A stretch of 64,000 nt of DNA, taken from an archaeon (GTDB taxonomy: Archaea; Asgardarchaeota; Heimdallarchaeia; Heimdallarchaeales; JAJRWK01). Numbering within the stretch: the stretch's first letter is position 1; every line of letters begins with the position of its first letter. Below are positions 48,460 to 58,780 of this stretch, in pieces. Position numbers and translations under genes: made by a program. The DNA lies in the NCBI GenBank assembly GCA_024276795.1, contig JAJRWK010000063.1:3800-67799 (forward strand). The letters are read 5' to 3'. A model generated the notes under the pieces. That model was not told the origin of the DNA. It saw only the letters and a list, made by a program, of their open reading frames with translations, and ran no database searches.

Positions 48460-50784
48460 TTATAAGGATGGGCTTGGCTGAGTAGGTTTAGAAGTAGATA
48501 GCATGCCTTTGTCTTCTCTTTGAGTCGCATCGGGTAAGTCAATGAAACGCCTTGCCAGGTCAATATGTGCTGGTAATAAGATGTTTTCAAGAACTTCAGA
48601 TATTGTAGAGACGGGAATAATCTCCACCTTGTCTTTAATATCGTCCGTTAGGACTAGATCAGCGACATTCTGTTCAGGTAACAAGACACGTTTGATGCCT
48701 GCTTCAATAGCTCCTTCTACTTTTGCTGTCACACCACCAACTGGAAGAACTTCGCCTCTAACACTGAGGCTCCCTGTCATGGCGGTGTCTTGTCTAATAG
48801 GAGCGTTTTCAATGGCAGAAATCACTGCTGATGCGACTGCAATGGAAGCGCTATCTCCCTCAACGCCATAGGTACTCACGAATTGCACATGGATGTCATA
48901 ATTCGTAATGTCGTGTCCTAAGAATTTCTTGACTAGAGCAGAAACGTTTTGGACTGCTTCTCGAGCGATTATCCTAAGTTGTCCTGTGGCAATTATCTTA
49001 CCTTCTCTGGAACTACTTGCTGGTGCAATTTCAGCCTCAATGGGAATGACGACACCAGAATCAGAGCCATAAACAGCTAACCCATTAACGCGTCCAACTT
49101 TCGTTCCCTCTGTAATTATTAGGTTGTATTCTTTTCGTTTCGAAACTAGTTGATCGGTTACTTGATGTTCAAGAGTTCTTGCTAGGATCTTAGCATCTCT
49201 GACTTCTTGTTCCGTGACATAAGGCTTGTTGCGCTCGATGGCAAGATCTCCAGCAGCACGAATGAGGCCACCTAAGTCTCTTAACATAAGGGTCAGTCTG
49301 TTTTTCCTTCCAGCTCTTCGTCTAGCCTCAATAATGATTTCTTCAACAGCATGTTTAGTAAAGTGTGGGATATGTTTATCCTTGACTACTTCCTGAGCAA
49401 CAAATCGTGCTATTTTTCGTCGATTGTCGAGAGTGTCTAGCATAGTTGTCTCCATGTAGATTTCGTACCCTTGTCCTCGGATTCGAGATCTTAGAGCGGG
49501 ATGCATGTTTCTGACGGTCTCCATGTTTCCAGCAGCAACAAGGATGAAATCACATGGTACAGGATCGGTTCTGACCATTGCTCCAGAAGATAATTCGCTT
49601 TGCCCTGTGATCTGGAATTTCTTTTCTTGAATTGCCGTGAGCAATTGCTGTTGTGTCTTGATGTGCAATGTCCCGATTTCGTCAATGTAAAGCACTCCTC
49701 GATGTGCGCGATGAATTAGACCTACCTCTACTCTTTCATGAGGAGGAGTTCCAAGTCCTCCGCTCTGAAAGGGATCATGCCTAACATCTCCTAACAATGC
49801 TCCAGCATGTGCTCCAGTTGCATCGATGAAGGGAGCCATATCCGAGTGCGAATTATCGACTAGCAATTTTGGAACCAAGATATCGCTCCTAAGACGCATC
49901 TGGGAAATAACCATGAATGCAAACAACGCGACGAGCATTGCCAGCAGTATAGTGTCGATACTTCCCCCAGAATAAAAGATTGCAATCAAGATGATTGAGA
50001 GAGGAATGATAAAAGCAAGCATCTGTTTGAAACCCTCAGATTTCCGGGCTTTTTCCAAAGCAAGGTCAACATGAAGTTTGCCTTCACCGGCTGGGAGGGT
50101 AATAATTTTGGGATTGTTGGGGTTCTTAAAATTCGCAACACAGAGGATATCTTCTAATCTTTCTTTGGGGAGCAACTCGGCCAAAGCGTGACCAAGCATT
50201 GATTTACCAGTGCCAGGTTCACCGATAAGCAAAACGTTCCTTCTTTGAAGCGCAGCTTTTTGGATAATTTTGACTGCCTTGTCCTGTCCTATAACTTGGT
50301 CAACAAGCCTAGGAGGAACTGTAAGCTCGTCAGTTGTTTTGAATTCAATATCTAGCAAAGGGTCTGATGATAGGACAGTTTCTTCTTTTTTCTTATTGTC
50401 TGGATTCATTATTCGATCCTCGCTATTGCTGTTTTGCTTTTCAGTCTGTCCGTCTCTGCTCGAGAATGCAATCACGATTCTTGTTTTCCAATGTGCGATG
50501 TTCCTGAGAAACCGATCAAGGTCGATTCTTTGCAGAGAGGCTTCTTTTCCGATTAGCTCTTTTGCCAGCTCTAAGATTATTTGCTCTGTTTCTACTTTTA
50601 TGAGTGGCGGAATAAACAGATTCCATGTTTGGTCTGTATCTTGGTAAAGGAAGGCACCGATACCTTCTTCTGGCAATAAACGGATGTCATTCTTATTTTC
50701 TGAGACAATGCCTCTTCTGAATAGGTCATGGACATCTATGTCCCTAAATTCTTCTGCATTCAAGTCATAAAGGAAGATTCTCAT
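48460..50784 (-). CDS. lon: Archaeal membrane-anchored Lon protease (LonB)
   Basis: AAA+ Walker A (GEPGTGKS) with TM helices inserted in the ATPase domain. The C-terminal protease domain has the catalytic Ser/Lys context (DSASIAVA ... GGVTAKVEGA). Confidence 0.85.
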   Translation of the reverse strand: MRIFLYDLNAEEFRDIDVHDLFRRGIVSENKNDIRLLPEEGIGAFLYQDTDQTWNLFIPPLIKVETEQIILELAKELIGKEASLQRIDLDRFLRNIAHWKTRIVIAFSSRDGQTEKQNSNSEDRIMNPDNKKKEETVLSSDPLLDIEFKTTDELTVPPRLVDQVIGQDKAVKIIQKAALQRRNVLLIGEPGTGKSMLGHALAELLPKERLEDILCVANFKNPNNPKIITLPAGEGKLHVDLALEKARKSEGFKQMLAFIIPLSIILIAIFYSGGSIDTILLAMLVALFAFMVISQMRLRSDILVPKLLVDNSHSDMAPFIDATGAHAGALLGDVRHDPFQSGGLGTPPHERVEVGLIHRAHRGVLYIDEIGTLHIKTQQQLLTAIQEKKFQITGQSELSSGAMVRTDPVPCDFILVAAGNMETVRNMHPALRSRIRGQGYEIYMETTMLDTLDNRRKIARFVAQEVVKDKHIPHFTKHAVEEIIIEARRRAGRKNRLTLMLRDLGGLIRAAGDLAIERNKPYVTEQEVRDAKILARTLEHQVTDQLVSKRKEYNLIITEGTKVGRVNGLAVYGSDSGVVIPIEAEIAPASSSREGKIIATGQLRIIAREAVQNVSALVKKFLGHDITNYDIHVQFVSTYGVEGDSASIAVASAVISAIENAPIRQDTAMTGSLSVRGEVLPVGGVTAKVEGAIEAGIKRVLLPEQNVADLVLTDDIKDKVEIIPVSTISEVLENILLPAHIDLARRFIDLPDATQREDKGMLSTSKPTQPSPSL

Positions 50785-50963
50785 GGTTCTTCTCCTTGGC
50801 GAAAATCTCCTTCCAAGAGCTCCTCCTTGCGTTCAAGGCTGAATGGAGAGTTTTCCTTGTGCTAAAATGGGTTCAAACCCTTAAAAACTAAACGTTATCT
50901 CGAAAGTTTTGACTCCCTCCGCAAAGATTTTCTGCTTTTGCGAGAAACACAATTCGAAGTAGC

Positions 50964-51848
50964 ATGCTATTGTGCCCGGGATCGAACCAGCGCAGCATAA
51001 GTCGGGAACTGGCGGAGATATTGGACATAGATATCTTAAACACAAACATCAGCACTTTCCCAGACGGCGAAGTGTATTTGCGAATCGAGGACCATGAGAA
51101 GGTCCCCGGAGAGATCGTCGTCGTGGTTCAATCCCTTTACGCTCCTCAGGAGCGAAATCTGTTCACAATACTGAATCTCTCAGAAACCTTAAAGGACTTG
51201 GGCGCAAGAGAAGTTTGGGCAGTTATTCCTTACCTTTGCTATTCCAGAGCGGACAGAGTCGTTTTACCTGGAGAAGCGGTCTCAGCAAAAACTGTGTTGA
51301 AACTCATGGAAGCGAGTATGATTTCAAGATTATTCGTGGTCGATGTCCATAATGAAGCTATTTTCAAGTTCACTGACATGGATGCGATGAATATCTATCC
51401 ATCTAAGGACTATGCTCAATATCTAAAAGAACATGGTGTCAGCCCTGATTTAATCGTAGCACCTGATGAGGGGGCAAAGCTCAGAGCCCAGCTCCTTGCA
51501 AACGAGTTCGGCATTCCAGCTGTAGCAATGAAGAAAATCCGAGACCCGTTCACAGGAGAAGTACAAACATCATTAGGAGAATTTAATCGGGAAGCCGCAG
51601 AGGTCGTCATTGTTGATGACATTGTTTCGACAGGAAGCTCGATCGCAGAAGCTAGCAGAATGCTGATAGCACAAGGAGTGGAAAAAGTTCATGTGATTGT
51701 TTCCCATGTTATTGGCGAAAGGGCCCCGGAACGGCTCCACTCGATGGCCAACGGGGTCATTGCAGCAAGTACTTCAATTCCATCATCCATATCAGTGATC
51801 AATATAACCAAGTCTCTCGCAGAAGCCATTGAGGCTTCCGGTGAGTGA
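50964..51848 (+). CDS. prs: Ribose-phosphate pyrophosphokinase
   Basis: PRPP-binding loop VIVDDIVSTGSS and the N-terminal Prs fold. Confidence 0.8.
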   Translation: MLLCPGSNQRSISRELAEILDIDILNTNISTFPDGEVYLRIEDHEKVPGEIVVVVQSLYAPQERNLFTILNLSETLKDLGAREVWAVIPYLCYSRADRVVLPGEAVSAKTVLKLMEASMISRLFVVDVHNEAIFKFTDMDAMNIYPSKDYAQYLKEHGVSPDLIVAPDEGAKLRAQLLANEFGIPAVAMKKIRDPFTGEVQTSLGEFNREAAEVVIVDDIVSTGSSIAEASRMLIAQGVEKVHVIVSHVIGERAPERLHSMANGVIAASTSIPSSISVINITKSLAEAIEASGE

Positions 51849-52914
51849 TACAATGATCGATGTTTTCTTCAAAATCTCCTTTAGATACGATGACTTAGGA
51901 ATGCTTGAAGCAAGAGTATTTATCGAGGATATAGCTGAGGGAAAAATCAGACAAGAGTGGGATTCCTTAGGGATAGGGGCGAGTATTCCTCAAGAATCCA
52001 TTGCATCAGCAAAGCGGCTGGCACTAACACAGAGGTTATTGGTTTCACCCGTTTTCCTAAAAGAACCACCACTGCAAGAAAGAATGATTGAAAGTTTCAT
52101 ATCCAAGCTACATGAATATTCTTTCACAATTCCGAAAGTTGTGAGAAATCATGCATCCTCCTTTCGAGTCAGAGTTAAGAGGCATGGGCATGGAGTCCCC
52201 AAACGACTCACTCCCCTTCTCGAAAGACAAGTTGGTGCACTAGTGAAGAAAAAAATTGGTCTCAGAGTCAACCTTCAAAATCCAGATATAGTCCTTTATG
52301 TGGAGTACTCCAAGGATTTAGCAATTATTGGGTGGGGAATCCCGGTTTCAAGCGTGTATGAATATGAGAAAACAGGACCAAAAACAAGACCGTTTTTTGG
52401 AGTGGGTGTGTTGGATCCGGTGGTGGCGAGAGTACTGGTTAATCTTACAGGAATTAAGAAGTCAGAGGTTCTTCTAGATCCCTTTTGCGGAATGGGAGGA
52501 ATACTCATAGAAGCAGGTAAGGTTGGTAGCTTCGCCATTGGAGGAGACATTTCGAGACACAAAGTGTACGGCGCTAGAATTAATCTAAAAAGCGAAGGCC
52601 TCCCTAACAGCGAAGTGGTTAGACATGATGCAGTTCACTTACCCTTTCGAAGAATCAGTTACGTCGCAACAGACCCTCCCTATGCAATTGGAACGAAAGT
52701 CTTCGGTGAAAAATCTGCAGAAAAATTGGTCGAAAACTTCCTCTCAAAAGCAAGGGAAATGATGAATGACAAGGGAAGAATAGCGATGGCACTACCGGAT
52801 TATATATTTGAAAAAATTAATGTGGGGAAAGCAGGATTCAAAATTCTTCATGAAGGAAAACAAAAAGTCCATGGAGGGCTCCACAGATTAGTAAGGGTGC
52901 TTTCAGTTGCCTGA
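51829..52914 (+). CDS. THUMP-domain tRNA (guanine10-N2)-methyltransferase (Trm-G10/Trm11-like)
   Basis: THUMP-like N-terminal region followed by an RFM methyltransferase domain with LDPFCGMGGILIEAG (motif I) and TDPPY (motif IV). Confidence 0.6.
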   Translation: MRLPVSDTMIDVFFKISFRYDDLGMLEARVFIEDIAEGKIRQEWDSLGIGASIPQESIASAKRLALTQRLLVSPVFLKEPPLQERMIESFISKLHEYSFTIPKVVRNHASSFRVRVKRHGHGVPKRLTPLLERQVGALVKKKIGLRVNLQNPDIVLYVEYSKDLAIIGWGIPVSSVYEYEKTGPKTRPFFGVGVLDPVVARVLVNLTGIKKSEVLLDPFCGMGGILIEAGKVGSFAIGGDISRHKVYGARINLKSEGLPNSEVVRHDAVHLPFRRISYVATDPPYAIGTKVFGEKSAEKLVENFLSKAREMMNDKGRIAMALPDYIFEKINVGKAGFKILHEGKQKVHGGLHRLVRVLSVA

Positions 52915-53827
52915 ACCAATTAAGATCATATTTGTTGGAACGTCTGCAGCAGTTCCAAGTATTAAGAGGGGACAATCGTGTACTGCGATACAGTTCAGTC
53001 AAGAAACAGTTCTTATTGATGTGGGCGAGAATGCTCAGCAAGCTATTCAAAGATTCAAGGTCAAAATTGGTAAGAAGCTCACAATTCTTTTGACTCACCT
53101 TCATCCAGATCATACTTTGGGTCTAATAGGAATACTTACCTCTCAAGAAATGATAGGACGTAAGAGACCGATCCAAATAGTCGCTCCTAAAGGGTTCATC
53201 GAGTTCATGAAGCTTTTATTCAGAGCTTATGGGATAAGGATTTCTTACTCCTTACAAATCTTTGAAATCCGTGAATCAAGAGGAGCTCTAGATATGGGGA
53301 GTTGGGTTCTTGAGTGGTTCCCAGCGATTCACTTTGATCCTTCCTATAGTTATGTTATCAGAGAAAAAGATCATCCTGGCAGATTTAATATCGAGAAGGC
53401 TCAACAGCTAGGAGTGCCCAAAGGACCTCTGTGGGGAAAGCTACAGCACGGAGAATCCGTGGAAATCAATGGCAAGAAAATATCATCAGAAGATGTTTTG
53501 GGGCCATCAATTCCTGGAAAAACCATTGTGGTGTCTGGAGACACGTCTCCCAACGAGGAACTAATTGAGAAAGGACAGAATGCAGACTTGCTCATTCATG
53601 AAGGGACGTTTCCCGCCGAGGAACAAGAAAAACACGAAAAATACAAGCATTCTAGAACAATTGACGCAGCAAGAATTGCTCGTCGTGCAAATGTTAAGCG
53701 TCTTGTGATTAATCATGTTTCCACGAGAGTTACTGATCATCGAAAAGAGGAAGAGAAACTTCGTGAGATTTTTCCAGATTTAGAAATTGCCACTGATGGA
53801 TTAGAAATCGTTCTTCGTTATGAATAG
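52907..53827 (+). CDS. rnz: Ribonuclease Z (tRNA 3' endonuclease)
   Basis: MBL motif LLTHLHPDHTLGL, a ~300-aa length and the C-terminal histidine motifs. Confidence 0.75.
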   Translation: MPEPIKIIFVGTSAAVPSIKRGQSCTAIQFSQETVLIDVGENAQQAIQRFKVKIGKKLTILLTHLHPDHTLGLIGILTSQEMIGRKRPIQIVAPKGFIEFMKLLFRAYGIRISYSLQIFEIRESRGALDMGSWVLEWFPAIHFDPSYSYVIREKDHPGRFNIEKAQQLGVPKGPLWGKLQHGESVEINGKKISSEDVLGPSIPGKTIVVSGDTSPNEELIEKGQNADLLIHEGTFPAEEQEKHEKYKHSRTIDAARIARRANVKRLVINHVSTRVTDHRKEEEKLREIFPDLEIATDGLEIVLRYE

Positions 53828-53930
53828 ATGTGTTGGTTGTGAGTAGGAAGCATGAAAAGAAGATGAGATTTTAAATCAACATTCATTACACTTGAGAAAC
53901 ATTTTTCTCCATGGAAATAACTAGTGTCGT

Positions 53931-54455
53931 GTGGCAGATTATCCGGTTTGGTTACTTCAATTAGTGGAAGCATTTATTTTCATTGCCCCAGCCTATTTTG
54001 CGAATGCAGTTCCTGTGATAACCAGTGGGTTAGGCCCAATTGATCGTGGAATGAAGTTTTTTGACGGAAAACGGCTTTTGGGTAAGAACAAGACGATTGG
54101 CGGATTATTAGGAGGAATATTGGCGGGAGAGATTCTTTGGATTGCCGCCATGAGCTGGCTTCCAGATTTTTACGAGGGATATCCCTTTTGGACAGGATTT
54201 GTTATGGGATTTGGAACAATCCTAGGAGACGCCACGGGGTCATTTGTTAAGCGCCGAATTAATTTACCGCCTGGTGGGCCGTTCCCTGTCATGGATCAGC
54301 TCGGCTTTGTCTTAATGGCTTATCTCTTGGTTTGGCTAGCGGGGATTAGTTTTCCTCTCTGGTATCTGTGGTATGTAATACCTATTACTTTGCTTGGACA
54401 TTTGGGAGCAAATTATCTAGCTTATTTAATAGGCTGGAAAGATGTATGGTGGTAA
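53931..54455 (+). CDS. carS: CDP-archaeol synthase (CarS, DUF46)-like membrane protein
   Basis: N-terminal PAYFANAVPV and a ~170-aa length with ~5 TM helices, matching the CarS family. Confidence 0.5.
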   Translation: MADYPVWLLQLVEAFIFIAPAYFANAVPVITSGLGPIDRGMKFFDGKRLLGKNKTIGGLLGGILAGEILWIAAMSWLPDFYEGYPFWTGFVMGFGTILGDATGSFVKRRINLPPGGPFPVMDQLGFVLMAYLLVWLAGISFPLWYLWYVIPITLLGHLGANYLAYLIGWKDVWW

Positions 54456-55444
54456 AATTAGCAAGCCGATCATTAGAACATTCAGAAGAAAAGGGGTTTA
54501 TTGACCTATTTTGCGGAGGTGGAGGGGCAGCTAGAGGATATGTTCTCGCAGGATTTATGCCTCTCATTGGAATAGACATAAATCAATATGCTCTCTCTAC
54601 TTATGAAGCGAATTTTCCCACTGCCCAGATCATGAATAGAAACATTGCAGAGCTCCGAGGGGAAGATATTCTAAGCCAAATTAGCATAAAAAAAATTCCC
54701 ATGGTAATTGCTTCTCCTCCATGCGAACCGTATACTTCTGCCAATGTGTCGCGAAAAAAGAGGCCAGAAGATAGGCTATATGAAGACCCAAAAGGACAAC
54801 TCATGCTTCACGCGATCAGACTAATAGGAGACATTCAACCCGACGTATTCATTATCGAGAATGTTGTTCCCGCAATTTCAGGAGAGCTCGGTACAATATT
54901 GAAAGAAGAGTTAGCATATCAAGGGTACTCACGAGTTTACTATAATGTGATAGAGGCCCATCGTCATGGTATCCCAAGCATTAGGCGCAGAGTATTCATT
55001 TCCAATGTAAGGTTCACACTTCCGAACAGAAGACCTCCCAAGGTATTGAAAGCCATCGGTGATTTACCAGATCCAAGACTGCCACATGGGATTAATGGGC
55101 ATGAATTTGTGCCTCTACCAGCTAAGCACGAAGAAACAGTATACAAAGTCCAGCCCGGTCGGTCTCTCGTTTTCTTTAGGGGTGCACACGAGGAGTTCAA
55201 CAACTATACTAGACTCCGAGACAACGAAGTTGCACCAACAATTATGGGTAAATCAAGATTTATTCATCCAATTGACGATCGATTACTCACTCCACGAGAA
55301 CACGCCAGATTGATGAGCTACCCAGATACACACGTGTTTTTCGGAGGAATAAGTGAACAGTTTAATATTGTGGGAGAGTCAGTTCCTCCGTTCTTAACAA
55401 AAATGATGGGGCAAGCCATTCAAGAAAAATCAGACCAACTCTGA
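54446..55444 (+). CDS. DNA (cytosine-5)-methyltransferase, apparently orphan. Motif IV reads PCE instead of the canonical PCQ.
   Basis: Motif I FIDLFCGGGG. Motif IV ASPPCEPYTSA. Motif VI IIENVVP. C-terminal motif X RLLTPREHARLMSYPDTHVF. The start is placed at the second in-frame ATG (MVVKLAS). It overlaps the carS-like gene by 10 nt. No restriction endonuclease gene is adjacent. Confidence 0.7.
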   Translation: MVVKLASRSLEHSEEKGFIDLFCGGGGAARGYVLAGFMPLIGIDINQYALSTYEANFPTAQIMNRNIAELRGEDILSQISIKKIPMVIASPPCEPYTSANVSRKKRPEDRLYEDPKGQLMLHAIRLIGDIQPDVFIIENVVPAISGELGTILKEELAYQGYSRVYYNVIEAHRHGIPSIRRRVFISNVRFTLPNRRPPKVLKAIGDLPDPRLPHGINGHEFVPLPAKHEETVYKVQPGRSLVFFRGAHEEFNNYTRLRDNEVAPTIMGKSRFIHPIDDRLLTPREHARLMSYPDTHVFFGGISEQFNIVGESVPPFLTKMMGQAIQEKSDQL

Positions 55445-55631
55445 TCTGAAGCGATCCGTCAACAGGTGAACAACTCATAATATGTTATTGTTAGGCCCCC
55501 TTAACCAAACAAGTCCTAGCCCCCAAGTGGGTTTGTAAGTGAGTGTCGTATTTCTTAGCAATAGCAAAGCGTGGATTATTAATTGGTTGTGAGAAGAAAG
55601 GAGTGGAATATTTAGATCTGGTACTTAGCGC

Positions 55632-55862
55632 TTAGTCCACGCATATCATTGTCATCGTGGAACGAACTTTGTCGAGGCTTCGCAGATGCTTAGTTACGTC
55701 TTCTTTTAATTCTTCTAGCGTATCTGCCTCAACTTTGGCAATCAAGTCATAAATGCCATAGACAAGATGAGCTTCTTTTACCTCGGGGAGTTTCTTTAGC
55801 TTCTCCAAAACTTCTTCTTCTGCTGCCACTTCTGTGTTAATTAGAATATAGGCTGTTGCCAT
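55632..55862 (-). CDS. Stand-alone AsnC/Lrp-type ligand-binding (RAM) domain protein
   Basis: A 76-aa beta-alpha-beta-beta-alpha-beta-like sequence (YILINTEVAAEEEVLEKLKKLPEVKEAHLVYGIYDLIAKVE). Confidence 0.4.
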   Translation of the reverse strand: MATAYILINTEVAAEEEVLEKLKKLPEVKEAHLVYGIYDLIAKVEADTLEELKEDVTKHLRSLDKVRSTMTMICVD

Positions 55863-56089
55863 CTTTTCAATTCACCTCTTCAGAGCGAGATGCTCATCAT
55901 AATTATGGAAAGATCCCCCATAAACTTTTTTGTCAAAAGTTGAGAGGGGCTTTTTCAAATCAGGTGAAAAATTATACAATTGAACGGAGCAATGACTCAA
56001 GAAAAATGATTTTCTGTGCAAATCCGTTCAGAATCGGGTGTATTCCCAAATCATTGGTCATTGCAGTCTCCAGTTCGAGAAGCGTAAAC

Positions 56090-57427
56090 CTAGGTAACGA
56101 TTAGAGTATATATTACTATAAACACTGTAGATAACAATAGTCGAAGAATTGTTAGTGTTCCTCCAACCTTGAAAAACTCTCCCCAACCAATCTTCCGCCC
56201 TGTCTTTTTGTAGTACAATGATAGGCCGAGGACTACAGGGGGTGCGCCGATTGGAGTAAAACCGCCGCCAAGATTGGTTCCAAGAATGAGAGCCCAAGCA
56301 ATCGCAGTTCCATTCAATGATGAATCCTGGGTGGCAACTCTTAGAACGGGAGCAAGTGCCGCCGCCAAGACAATATTGTCAAGAATCCCACTAATTATCG
56401 CAGATGCCCAGAGAACAATGATAGCAGCTATCCACGTTTTCTCTCCGAGCATTCCAGAAATTACGTCGGCTATTGCTTCCATGACTCCAACTTCCTCAAG
56501 GGACGCTATGATAACGAAGAGTCCTTGGAAAAAAGCAAGCAAAGACCAGTCTAGTTTTGCAAACAACGAATCAAGGTTCTTTCCTGAAACAAGCACCATT
56601 AGAAGTGCTCCACCAATTGCAAGAACGGCAAGTTCTATACCCAATGTATCTGAGAACATAAAACTCAGCATAGAAACTATAAACGCAACACTTGTTCGAT
56701 AAAATGCGTTTTTGTCTCTAACGACGCTCCATTCGTCGAATGCTTCAATCTTCTGCAACCGAACCTCTTCATTTAACTCAAATTCAATTGGAACGAGCTT
56801 CAGAAAAGCGTACATGACAAGGAAGAACATGGGCAAGCCAAAGAATAATGAAACCTTGAGAAAAGCGAGATAGCCGATGTTAAATTGAACACCTATTATC
56901 AGGTTAGTGGGTGAAGAGATAAGAGTGGTAAGACCACCTGTATTCGTTACAATGATTTCCATTAGAATATATGGCCAAGGATCGTAACCTAACTCATCAC
57001 AGATAACGAATGTCAGAGCACCTACCACTAAAATGGCAGAGATTGTGTTAACAATGGCAGACAGAACCATAGTCAAAGCTCCTAAGAGCCAAAAAAGACG
57101 AAGGGGATCTCCTTTGGTTTTTTTGAGGAGTTTGATTGACACGTATTGGAAAATACCAACTTGTGTTGCGACTTCCACCATTAAGAGATTCCCTAAAATA
57201 ACGCCTAGAATCAATAGATCATGTATTCGAATGAGACCTTCGTCGGGAGTTTCACCCACTAGAGGAATTCCTAAGAAATGGCCGGCTAAGATCGCGAAAA
57301 AGCCTCCTAAAGTCGCCGCTAGCACCTTGTCAAATTCCTTGTGAATAATTCCTACGTAAGTGATAACTAAGATCCCGACTAGAACTATCGCATCTGTTAG
57401 TGCCACAGCTTGCCCTACGCCGACCAT
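56090..57427 (-). CDS. ArsB/NhaD-superfamily (CitMHS-like) ion transporter
   Basis: ~12 TM helices with internal duplication and glycine-rich reentrant-like segments. Confidence 0.55.
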   Translation of the reverse strand: MVGVGQAVALTDAIVLVGILVITYVGIIHKEFDKVLAATLGGFFAILAGHFLGIPLVGETPDEGLIRIHDLLILGVILGNLLMVEVATQVGIFQYVSIKLLKKTKGDPLRLFWLLGALTMVLSAIVNTISAILVVGALTFVICDELGYDPWPYILMEIIVTNTGGLTTLISSPTNLIIGVQFNIGYLAFLKVSLFFGLPMFFLVMYAFLKLVPIEFELNEEVRLQKIEAFDEWSVVRDKNAFYRTSVAFIVSMLSFMFSDTLGIELAVLAIGGALLMVLVSGKNLDSLFAKLDWSLLAFFQGLFVIIASLEEVGVMEAIADVISGMLGEKTWIAAIIVLWASAIISGILDNIVLAAALAPVLRVATQDSSLNGTAIAWALILGTNLGGGFTPIGAPPVVLGLSLYYKKTGRKIGWGEFFKVGGTLTILRLLLSTVFIVIYTLIVT

Positions 57428-57440
57428 TATTTTTCACCAA

Positions 57441-58610
57441 TCACCAGACGACCAATATGGGAATGTCCTGTCGAAGGCCTTCTTTAATTCCTTCTGCTAT
57501 GACTTGATCTAAACTTTTAGCACCAGTAATTCGAGGCGAAAAAACTAAGAGTTGGGGCGGTTTCTCTTCCGCGATCTGCTTGACAATACGAGCCATTTCA
57601 CCTACTTTGACCGTCCTCCTCACTGAGACATCCTTAAAGGGCGTATTGATTTTGACCATTTCGAGCCTTGCTTCCTGTTTCTTAATAAGCTCTTGAAGAA
57701 CGTCTTCTGGAGCCTTTTCTTCGGCTAACATAGACGCAGCATCCAGAGCTTGCTGATCAATAATATCCACTATTTCAACGGTTGCTTCGTTCACTAAGAA
57801 CGTCAAAGTGGCGGAAAGAAGAGAAACAATGGAATCATCTTTTTGAGGCGAATAGAGAAAGCAAGTAGCGTTTTTGACCAAATTCGCTAGGGGATTGGTT
57901 ACCATAAGTGTTAGAACATCCCTAGGCAGTTTTGTTATAAGGTTTTGCGCGAATTCTCCTAACGGATTGCTACTGTCCATGTCTCGAAATTCTGTAAGAG
58001 GAGGGGAAAACACGATTAGATCCGGGTCGAACCATGACATGATCGACATGAGTTGATCCATGACACCTTTTCCCTCGTCAAGAGGGCTCAGCAACAGATT
58101 AACCAAATCTTGGAACATTTCTGGTGAAAGCATCATTTCTTCCTTTGAGGTGGAAGAAAGCTCTTGTGTGGGGTCTCCTCCGAAGATTTCTGCTTCAAGA
58201 GGTGCTTTTTCTTCTTTTTCATCTTCCTTTTTCGGATGAGGAGAATAGAGTTCAGAAATTTTATCAAAAAACGTGGCAACCCTTGGATCCACGATCATTT
58301 CAACTTCTGTAAATTCGCGGTAGTGTTCATAAATTCGGCGTTGCTCTTTGATCAGAGCCAGGAATTCTTCGTATGAATCCTTAGCTGCGAGAAACAAACC
58401 ACGGGGGTCGTAAATGAGGACCTTCATCACTTCCGCTCCAAGTAGGTCTCCCAAGTACTGAGCAGTCCAGAGAACGCTTTGATCGCCTTCGTATTCATCT
58501 AGGACAGCCATGACTCGGACAACAGTTCTAGGAATGGTTACTTCGAGCCGGGGACGCTTTGAGGCTCGGAATGCTTGTTCAAGGTTCTCAAATTTTGATT
58601 CGTCCGTCAT
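57441..58610 (-). CDS. Acidic cytoplasmic protein, possibly tandem universal-stress-protein (Usp)-like domains
   Basis: Two ~140-aa repeats, each ending with hydrophobic beta-strand-like segments (IPILVVW at the C-terminus). Sits immediately upstream of the transporter. Confidence 0.3.
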   Translation of the reverse strand: MTDESKFENLEQAFRASKRPRLEVTIPRTVVRVMAVLDEYEGDQSVLWTAQYLGDLLGAEVMKVLIYDPRGLFLAAKDSYEEFLALIKEQRRIYEHYREFTEVEMIVDPRVATFFDKISELYSPHPKKEDEKEEKAPLEAEIFGGDPTQELSSTSKEEMMLSPEMFQDLVNLLLSPLDEGKGVMDQLMSIMSWFDPDLIVFSPPLTEFRDMDSSNPLGEFAQNLITKLPRDVLTLMVTNPLANLVKNATCFLYSPQKDDSIVSLLSATLTFLVNEATVEIVDIIDQQALDAASMLAEEKAPEDVLQELIKKQEARLEMVKINTPFKDVSVRRTVKVGEMARIVKQIAEEKPPQLLVFSPRITGAKSLDQVIAEGIKEGLRQDIPILVVW

Positions 58611-58780
58611 TTCGATTCAACTCGCAAAGTAAGTAAGCAACTGAGATGTATTCATTGAACCCATTCCCCTTTAGTTAAGTATCCCGTTTTAAAATCTCGC
58701 AAAGAAAACATGAAAATATTTCAAGATTTTAATAAGGGAAAAAGAACACAATTTGGTTTGGAGACCGTAAGACTAATCTT

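Noticed and set aside
50860-50890. GGGTTCAAACCC motif between lon and prs resembling a T-arm
   Set aside because: No compatible acceptor or anticodon stems in the surrounding 80 nt. Probably a simple hairpin or terminator.
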